Position numbers and translations under genes: made by a program. From the NCBI RefSeq assembly GCF_029961145.1, contig NZ_JASBRG010000007.1, positions 598,155-662,154 of the forward strand: a stretch of DNA of 64,000 bases. The letters are read 5' to 3'. Source of the stretch: Pinibacter soli (GTDB taxonomy: Bacteria > Bacteroidota > Bacteroidia > Chitinophagales > Chitinophagaceae). The notes beneath the pieces are model-generated. The model made no database searches. It had not been told where the DNA came from and saw nothing but the letters and a program-made list of their open reading frames with translations. Within the stretch, counting starts at the first letter, position 1. The number at the start of each line of letters is the position of its first letter. This document shows positions 58,016 through 64,000 of this stretch, piece by piece.

Positions 58016-58408
58016 CTACCAAAAAAGTTCGGGGCGTTCATCCTTTGCCCTGTTTATCTGCTTTCCATGTTCATTTTGCTCTTGAAGCGTCCACTTATTT
58101 GTTAGTGTGGTCTCGCGCCATAGCCTGCCTGCCTTGCGGAACACCTGTACGGGAAGACTGAAATCTTTTACAAGTGAAGACTCAAATTGTTCAACCGTCA
58201 TGCTGGAAGTAACTTCCAATTCCCCCTCTTCGTGCGATTTACGCACATCGCAAACACATTGGTTCCCTGTTTCGACAAGATGGGTTTTTGAAAGCTGCCT
58301 GTCACTATGCTTTTTCTTAAAAAACTCAATTTTCAAAAATGGAAATGTCTTGCTGAATTCGAGTTGCAAATCGTGCAACCTGCGGTTGTCATTAATTTGT
58401 ATAGTCAT
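58016..58408 (-). CDS. Hypothetical protein (130 aa)
   Basis: ORF only. No motif. Confidence 0.4.
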   Translation of the reverse strand: MTIQINDNRRLHDLQLEFSKTFPFLKIEFFKKKHSDRQLSKTHLVETGNQCVCDVRKSHEEGELEVTSSMTVEQFESSLVKDFSLPVQVFRKAGRLWRETTLTNKWTLQEQNEHGKQINRAKDERPELFW

Positions 58409-58592
58409 AGTGTTTATTTTTCACATTAAGAGAATAGAAAACGTCGTTTCCAAGACAGTACGGGTAAATAAAACAGGAGACTATAGCCGGCAAATCGTTA
58501 TTGTAAATGTTGTATGTAAATCTAGAAACTAAAGTGTGATAATTTGGTTAAACAGGCCGGTTTAACAATAGGTTTTACTAAGTTAATAAATC

Positions 58593-59162
58593 TTATTCAT
58601 GATGCACATGACTTTCGTAACTTTTAATATTTACCAAAGAAATTAACACTCCGACCATCAAAATGATCAATGCAACATAGCCTATCATAAACGGATAATT
58701 ATAAATGGATAAGGGCATTCTGTGCGGCACTTTTTTACCCGGACGGGCAAAAGGAGCTGCATCGGCTACCGGATTTTTTTCTTCCGTTTTTATATATTCC
58801 ACTATGCTTTCTATCTGGCTGTTATTTAAATCCGGGTGGTCGGGCATAACAATCTGGTTGTGCTTGTTAAACAGTTCCAGCGCTTCCTTATCCCCGCTTT
58901 TTACCATAGACTGGGAGCCCTTCACAAAGCTGATTATCCATGGCATGGTATGGCGCTCATACACTTTTGCCAGTGCGGGCCCCGTCAGCGTTTTGTTCAC
59001 ATTGTGACAGGATGCGCAGCGCCCCTGGAAGAGTTTTTTACCCTCATCGGCATTTACATCTTGTGCAACCGAATGCACTCTTACACAAAACAAAAAGCAA
59101 ACAGCCATTACTCTTAATGTTGCAAAATATTTGCGCGAAAAATACTTTGAAGCTTTAATCAT
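58593..59162 (-). CDS. Membrane-anchored c-type cytochrome
   Basis: Heme-binding CASCH motif (KKLFQGRCASCHNVN) and a C-terminal TM helix. Confidence 0.7.
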   Translation of the reverse strand: MIKASKYFSRKYFATLRVMAVCFLFCVRVHSVAQDVNADEGKKLFQGRCASCHNVNKTLTGPALAKVYERHTMPWIISFVKGSQSMVKSGDKEALELFNKHNQIVMPDHPDLNNSQIESIVEYIKTEEKNPVADAAPFARPGKKVPHRMPLSIYNYPFMIGYVALIILMVGVLISLVNIKSYESHVHHE

Positions 59163-59808
59163 TTTCCAGCTTTTTAATATCGTTAATCAGCAATTGGATG
59201 TCTTTGTCGGACGTTCCATCATAATAACCACGAATGAATTGATCCTTGTCCATCAGCACCAACCTGTCGCTATGAATAAAATCCTCCGGTCCCCCGTCCC
59301 CTTCCGTTGCTGTAATGTAGAAGCCTTTGCGTGCAAGGCGGTACAGCTCTTTTTTATCACCCGTTAATAATTTCCATTGACAGGGATCGATCCCGTTCAA
59401 TTTTCCGTAAACAGCCAGTTTTTCCGGCGTATCACGTTCGGGGTCCACTGTAAAGGAAATGAACCGCACATCATCAGTATTTGCATACGCCGTGCTCACC
59501 TTTTTAATGTGCCTGAACATATCCGGACATATGGTTGGGCAAGATGAAAAAAAGAAATTCGCCACAGTGATTTTTCCTTTGATCGCGCCGGAACCATAAA
59601 CTTGATGCTGTTGATCGCTGAATGAAAACGGCATTAAGGCAATGGCATTTTTCTTGCTTACCCAAGTATCGTTATAACCTTTGTATGGCAACGGACTGTA
59701 TTTATTTTCCAGCCAGTTTACAACGGTATAAGCCAGTAGCGGTACCACCAAAACCAGCACCAGAAAGGCTTTCCACGAACTTAATATGTACCTGAGCAAC
59801 TTTTTCAT
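59155..59808 (-). CDS. SCO1/SenC-family copper chaperone
   Basis: N-terminal TM helix and thioredoxin fold with CPTICP (CxxxC). Overlaps both neighbours by 4 to 8 bp, implying an operon. Confidence 0.8.
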   Translation of the reverse strand: MKKLLRYILSSWKAFLVLVLVVPLLAYTVVNWLENKYSPLPYKGYNDTWVSKKNAIALMPFSFSDQQHQVYGSGAIKGKITVANFFFSSCPTICPDMFRHIKKVSTAYANTDDVRFISFTVDPERDTPEKLAVYGKLNGIDPCQWKLLTGDKKELYRLARKGFYITATEGDGGPEDFIHSDRLVLMDKDQFIRGYYDGTSDKDIQLLINDIKKLEND

Positions 59809-61493
59809 TTCTTTTCACTCGTAGATATTACCGGTGCCGGATCCGTTGGCAAATATGGCGGCGCACCCTTTCGATTGTTATTCAACGTGTCCATAATGGC
59901 CGGCAGATAAGCCATAAACAATATGATCGCCATAGCTATGAGCCACGGACGGAAAGTATCGAATATGGGTATCCGTTTTTCTGTATGATAAACTTCACTA
60001 ACCGGAAAATCAATAACAGGCTCTGCCGTGCGTTTGCTAAAAAATGTGCCGAAGAAAACGACGAAATACAACAGTCCCGCAGTGAACATAATACCGCCGC
60101 CTGCAAGACCGAGCATTGTTGTGATCACCCAATAGGGATTGTACAATTCGCTTTCAGGATTGAGATAAGTGAGCCCAAGATTCGTTCTGCGCGGTTCGCC
60201 CAAAAGCCCACCCCACATGAGTCCTGTAGAGAAAATCAAAACGCCCACTGTCCATAAATAAGGAACGATTGTATTGATCTTTGGTAGAAAAATTTTCTTA
60301 CCTGTAAGTTGTGATGTCATGAAAATCGACATACCCAATATCGCCAGAAACACCGGTCCGGCAACAGTTAGGTGAAAGTGCCCCGGCACCCACGCCGTGT
60401 TATGAATAACGTTATTGAGCGAATAAGATGCGTTCACCAAACCTGTCAATCCACCAAAAATAAATAGTATCAAACCATTGATGAGATAGCCAAACAGGTA
60501 AACATTTTTATCGAAGAAAGGAAGTTTCCAAACCCAGTTCCACAAACCCTTTGCGCCTCTTTTCCTTCCTGCGTACTCAAGCGAAGCGGCAATGGTAAAA
60601 GCTGTGATAAAACTCGGAATGGCAACGCCAAATGTGAGAATACCTTGGGTAAGCTTGATGCCTCTTCCAATAGCGGGATCGCCAAACTGGTGATGCACCC
60701 CTATGGGAATCGACAATAACAAGAACACAAAAAAAGCAATGCGACCGGCAAGCTCAGAGTATAATTTGCCACCGGCTACTTTTGGTAAAATGGTATAGAA
60801 CATAATGTAAGCCGGTAACAACCAGAAGTATACTAATGCATGTCCGAAAAACCAGAACAATGTTCTTGTAAGCGAAACGTTGACTGTAGGCGTCCAACCC
60901 ATGGACCACGGAATTAGCAGGACGAGCACTTCGTACGCAACCGCCAGTGTACAAACAAACCATATGGTGAAGTTGATAAGGGTTCCCAAAACAGCCAGTG
61001 GCGTGTTTACTTCGCGATTATCTTTTTTCCATTTTAAATAAATGGTTACCCAGTCAAAAAATGCAACCCATGAACCAACAATAAGCAGAGCAGTTCCAAG
61101 ATAAAACAACGGGTGCGCTTTTAACGGAGCATAAAACGTATATAACACAGAAGCCTTGCCCGCAAGCATTGCCCACGCAGCCATTAATGTTCCACCTACC
61201 ATTAAACACAGTGACAACATGGAGGCTTTATAGTTCGGTTCTCTTTTTAAATGAAAGGCAACTGTGGCATGGCCAAATGCTACCGCAAAAAAAGTAGTCA
61301 GCACGATCGCATTGATCACGCCGTGCAAGGTTAATCCCTGGTAATAATCAAGTTTTGCAAATGAAGACTGGTGAATAACTCCCGCCCTGTATATTACCTG
61401 CATCAAGCCATGATAAATGCCGATGGTCAGCAACAAAACAGGAACAAAAAGCTCTATGAGAATAATGTTTCTAATAGGTTTACTTATGTGCAT
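59805..61493 (-). CDS. Heme-copper oxidase subunit I, B-family (ba3-like)
   Basis: 562 aa polytopic protein. His ligand regions (FGHALVYFWLLPAYIMFYTILPK; NTAWVPGHFHLTVAG). Confidence 0.8.
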   Translation of the reverse strand: MHISKPIRNIILIELFVPVLLLTIGIYHGLMQVIYRAGVIHQSSFAKLDYYQGLTLHGVINAIVLTTFFAVAFGHATVAFHLKREPNYKASMLSLCLMVGGTLMAAWAMLAGKASVLYTFYAPLKAHPLFYLGTALLIVGSWVAFFDWVTIYLKWKKDNREVNTPLAVLGTLINFTIWFVCTLAVAYEVLVLLIPWSMGWTPTVNVSLTRTLFWFFGHALVYFWLLPAYIMFYTILPKVAGGKLYSELAGRIAFFVFLLLSIPIGVHHQFGDPAIGRGIKLTQGILTFGVAIPSFITAFTIAASLEYAGRKRGAKGLWNWVWKLPFFDKNVYLFGYLINGLILFIFGGLTGLVNASYSLNNVIHNTAWVPGHFHLTVAGPVFLAILGMSIFMTSQLTGKKIFLPKINTIVPYLWTVGVLIFSTGLMWGGLLGEPRRTNLGLTYLNPESELYNPYWVITTMLGLAGGGIMFTAGLLYFVVFFGTFFSKRTAEPVIDFPVSEVYHTEKRIPIFDTFRPWLIAMAIILFMAYLPAIMDTLNNNRKGAPPYLPTDPAPVISTSEKK

Positions 61494-61500
61494 GATCGGA

Positions 61501-61953
61501 TTATTTTGTGGGATAGTTAACGATTACTTCGGCCTGCATGTTCTGGTGGCCGGTGCCACAGAATTCGTGACAGGTTATTTTGTATACGCCGGGTTTGTCA
61601 AACTTCACGGTTGTTTTCGCTACGGCGCCCTGTACGCCCATCAGGTTCACATTTTTCTCAGATATATCAAAGCCATGCACCACATCTTTTGATGTAACAA
61701 AAAAATCAACCTCACTGCCTACAGGAATGTAAACCACAGAAGGCTCGAAGTTCCACATGCGGGCAACATAAAAGATTTGGTAAGTGTTCTTATCTACCTG
61801 GTTCACCCTTGCATCTTCATATGATTTATCGTAAGGAAGGCATTCGGTCACATCTCCTTTTTTGGCGCCCATAGCATACAGAAGGCTAAATATGAACAGC
61901 GCCGATACCAGCAACGCCACTCCGATTACTGTTCTTTCAAATTTATCCAGCAT
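61501..61953 (-). CDS. Cytochrome c oxidase subunit II, cupredoxin CuA domain
   Basis: CuA motif HGFDI...CHEFCGTGHQNM, with a single N-terminal TM helix. The ORF is open to 62004. Confidence 0.8.
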   Translation of the reverse strand: MLDKFERTVIGVALLVSALFIFSLLYAMGAKKGDVTECLPYDKSYEDARVNQVDKNTYQIFYVARMWNFEPSVVYIPVGSEVDFFVTSKDVVHGFDISEKNVNLMGVQGAVAKTTVKFDKPGVYKITCHEFCGTGHQNMQAEVIVNYPTK

Positions 61954-61964
61954 AATAAATTGTT

Positions 61965-62093
61965 TTAGCTGCGGTAAAGCATAATAAAATATATGGTAAA
62001 CCAAATAATAAGGCCCAAAGCAACGAGCAGGGCAAAGAAAGCAACAGCGCCTCGGGGGACAAATTTTTCAGGCAGGTCTTGATTAGAATCCAT
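61965..62093 (-). CDS. Small single-TM peptide upstream of subunit II; possible ba3-type subunit IIa
   Basis: Own translation gives MDSNQDLPEKFVPRGAVAFFALLVALGLIIWFTIYFIMLYRS, 42 aa. It is missing from the ORF track, which only lists ORFs of 60 aa or more. It sits where subunit IIa sits in B-type oxidase operons. Confidence 0.4.
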   Translation of the reverse strand: MDSNQDLPEKFVPRGAVAFFALLVALGLIIWFTIYFIMLYRS

Positions 62094-62335
62094 AAGTAAG
62101 TTTTAAATTTTGAGTTCTTAGTTTTGACTTTTATAAGCCCTAAAACCAGTATCGGTATCCGATAATTGTACATTTTATTTTGGCTAAATTGCAACGCGAA
62201 TCGACTCCCCGTTTGACAGTAACAAAAAACCTCCCGAACAGTTCACAGTTTTTCAATTTTTTCTCAAAAAGATTAACGGATATAATAAACCTAAAATTTA
62301 CTTATTTGGTTATATTGTTTTATAAAAACTAACCC

Positions 62336-62848
62336 ATGCTATCACAAACAATGCAAGAGGCCCTAAACAGGCAGGTACAACTGGAAGCCGAAAGTTCACA
62401 GGCATATCTGGCAATGGCCAGCTGGGCAGAGATACAACCGGGACTTGACGGCGTTACAAACTTCTTTTACACCCAGTCCGATGAGGAAAGAATGCACATG
62501 TTAAAACTGATCCGTTACATTAATGAACGCGGCGGTTTTGCGATCGTTCCCGCACTGGAGCAACCTATCATTACCTTTCTCTCCCTTCAACGTGTGTTCG
62601 AAGAGTTTTTAAAACATGAGATCATTGTTTCGACAAATATTAACGAGCTGGTGGGAATGGCGCTCACTGAAAGGGATTACGCCACACACAACTTCCTGCA
62701 ATGGTACGTGAATGAGCAGATTGAAGAAGAGCATCTCGCCAGAACCTTAAATGACAAGCTGGTACTTGTAGGCGAAGACAAAGGCGGCATTTATCTTTTT
62801 GACAGAGATATTATGTTGCACAGAGGAAATGAGGGGAAGAAGAGGTAG
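62336..62848 (+). CDS. Ferritin-like protein (bacterial non-heme ferritin)
   Basis: Ferroxidase-centre residues in LEAESSQAYLAMASWA...EERMHMLKLIRYINERGG...ERDYATHNFLQWYVNEQIEEE. Confidence 0.85.
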   Translation: MLSQTMQEALNRQVQLEAESSQAYLAMASWAEIQPGLDGVTNFFYTQSDEERMHMLKLIRYINERGGFAIVPALEQPIITFLSLQRVFEEFLKHEIIVSTNINELVGMALTERDYATHNFLQWYVNEQIEEEHLARTLNDKLVLVGEDKGGIYLFDRDIMLHRGNEGKKR

Positions 62849-62852
62849 GGAG

Positions 62853-62984
62853 CAATTAATAATTAAAAATTAATAGGTGTAGCACAGTGATGAGAGAATA
62901 GCATATCATCTGCTCTACAAACAACAGGGCCGCATTCACTCAAGAATGTGGCCCTGTTAATTATCAATTATTAATTATTAATTT
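62853..62984. repeat. AATTAAT-armed element with a hairpin core showing compensatory changes relative to 50148-50279
   Basis: gcaattaataattaaaaattaataggtgtagca ... agggccgcattc-actcaa-gaatgtggccct gttaattatcaattattaattattaatt. Compare agggcaacattc...gaatgttgccct in the 50.2 kb copy. Confidence 0.7.
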
Positions 62985-62988
62985 TACA

Positions 62989-63420
62989 CTACTTCTTCCC
63001 ATTCACTTTATCAATCTTCATATTCTCTTTCACTGTATCCCAATATTCCTTTCCGTAAGACACGAAGATCTCTGAGCCTGCAGGAATATCTTTCAATGAT
63101 TTTATATAAACAGCTTTCCCTTGCTTCTCGTACTCGCTATTATTAATAATACCTTTTACGCGTTGCAAACCTTTTGCATCGTTGGCGTACCGTGCAAGTT
63201 CTTCTGGCGTTTCGCTGGCATCAATCACGTGATTGCGATTTACAAAAAATATATAACCGTTGTTTCCCTCGTCATGATCGACCTCTTTCCAGGTGGTGAA
63301 TTTGCCCCTGTATTCAATGATTCGGGTGCCTTTCGGTATCGGCTTTTTTGTATATAACCCTTTTCCGGCGTTAGGTAACCCGGATTTTTTTACCATTAAG
63401 TGCTCTTCTAGTAATGCCAT
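62989..63420 (-). CDS. SET-domain protein (putative lysine N-methyltransferase)
   Basis: GLPNAGKGLYTKKPIPKGTRIIEYRG...NHVIDAS...NHS...EIFVSYG pattern of the SET fold. Confidence 0.75.
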   Translation of the reverse strand: MALLEEHLMVKKSGLPNAGKGLYTKKPIPKGTRIIEYRGKFTTWKEVDHDEGNNGYIFFVNRNHVIDASETPEELARYANDAKGLQRVKGIINNSEYEKQGKAVYIKSLKDIPAGSEIFVSYGKEYWDTVKENMKIDKVNGKK

Positions 63421-63508
63421 ATAAATGTTATGAACTTATTTGAAGCAAGATAATTATTTTCAACATTCCTTTAAAATGCTGTTTTATTAATAAATAACTT
63501 TTTGACAA

Positions 63509-64000
63509 TTATTTTCTTTGCGCGAGCATTTTGATAATAGCATCGGTAGTATCAATCTCACTGATCCGCGGAAAGATGGTATGCACGCTATGTTCGTAAG
63601 CGGAGGCGATCCTGTCGGTTGTTGCGTCAGAAGCAAGGGTAATATTATAACCCAACTCGCTGGCAGCCCTTGCAGTACCCTCCACGCCCACACTTGTAGA
63701 AACGCCGCCCAATACAATGCCGGTAACATTTCTCTTTTGCAGCTCGTCGTGTAAGCCCGTTTCGAAGAAAGCGTTCCATGTTTTTTTAGTTACCAGCAAG
63801 TCGCCGGGTTGCAATACAATTTCGGGCACAATGGTAAAGAACCCATCCTCCTGCATTTTTGCCTCCGCCGCCTTTTGCCCCTCTTCGTCTGCCGGAATCA
63901 TACTCACCTGCTTCCGCGTCTTTGTCCAGGGCGCACCAAGGGGGTTCACATGCACGATCACTACCGGCAACCCTTCGTTTCTGAAAGCGTCTATGAGTTT
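63509..64000 (-). CDS. Isochorismatase-family cysteine hydrolase; N-terminus lies beyond the window end
   Basis: ...GLPVVIVHVN...VTGIVLGGVSTSVGVEGTARAASELGY is the isochorismatase fold. The reading frame continues past position 64000. Confidence 0.7.
   Translation of the reverse strand, partial: KLIDAFRNEGLPVVIVHVNPLGAPWTKTRKQVSMIPADEEGQKAAEAKMQEDGFFTIVPEIVLQPGDLLVTKKTWNAFFETGLHDELQKRNVTGIVLGGVSTSVGVEGTARAASELGYNITLASDATTDRIASAYEHSVHTIFPRISEIDTTDAIIKMLAQRK

Overview
This window looks like a chromosomal segment from a Bacteroidetes genome, most likely Chitinophagaceae-like. The taxon call rests on gene content: a long-form NusB next to yajC and a DUF1573 lipoprotein, a SusC-type TonB-dependent receptor with an N-terminal carboxypeptidase-regulatory domain, a T9SS C-terminal-sorting cargo protein, a futalosine-pathway radical SAM enzyme, and a B-type (ba3-like) heme-copper oxidase. 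Housekeeping content: groES-groEL, topA, coaE, gmhA-gmhB, an ada/alkB adaptive-response operon, an RND efflux operon (MFP, permease, TolC), phhA, a GH20 hexosaminidase, an AsmA-family protein, a KirBac-type K+ channel, ferritin, and a subclass-B1 metallo-beta-lactamase. Three things stand out. (1) At 7.3-9.2 kb there is a low-GC islet carrying a tightly coupled gene pair, a double zinc-ribbon protein followed by a Swt1-like HEPN (R-x4-H) protein, plus a small downstream ORF. It sits directly next to a REP-associated tyrosine transposase (RAYT) and a GC-rich palindrome cluster. I read this as a candidate undescribed defence, abortive-infection or toxin-like module. (2) Almost every intergenic region carries short repeat elements of one architectural class: arms built from tandem 7-8-mers (AATTAAT, TGAAAAT, AACTGAAT, GCAAAGG, CACTAAG, TAATTCC, CTCATCA, TTTTTAC), usually in inverted orientation, around hairpin or terminator cores. 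These often overlap stop codons, and in one family the hairpin shows compensatory base changes between copies. (3) A 23-bp perfect terminal inverted-repeat MITE-like element and a recurring 20-bp perfect palindrome that supplies gene stop codons. No rRNA, tRNA or CRISPR array was seen.
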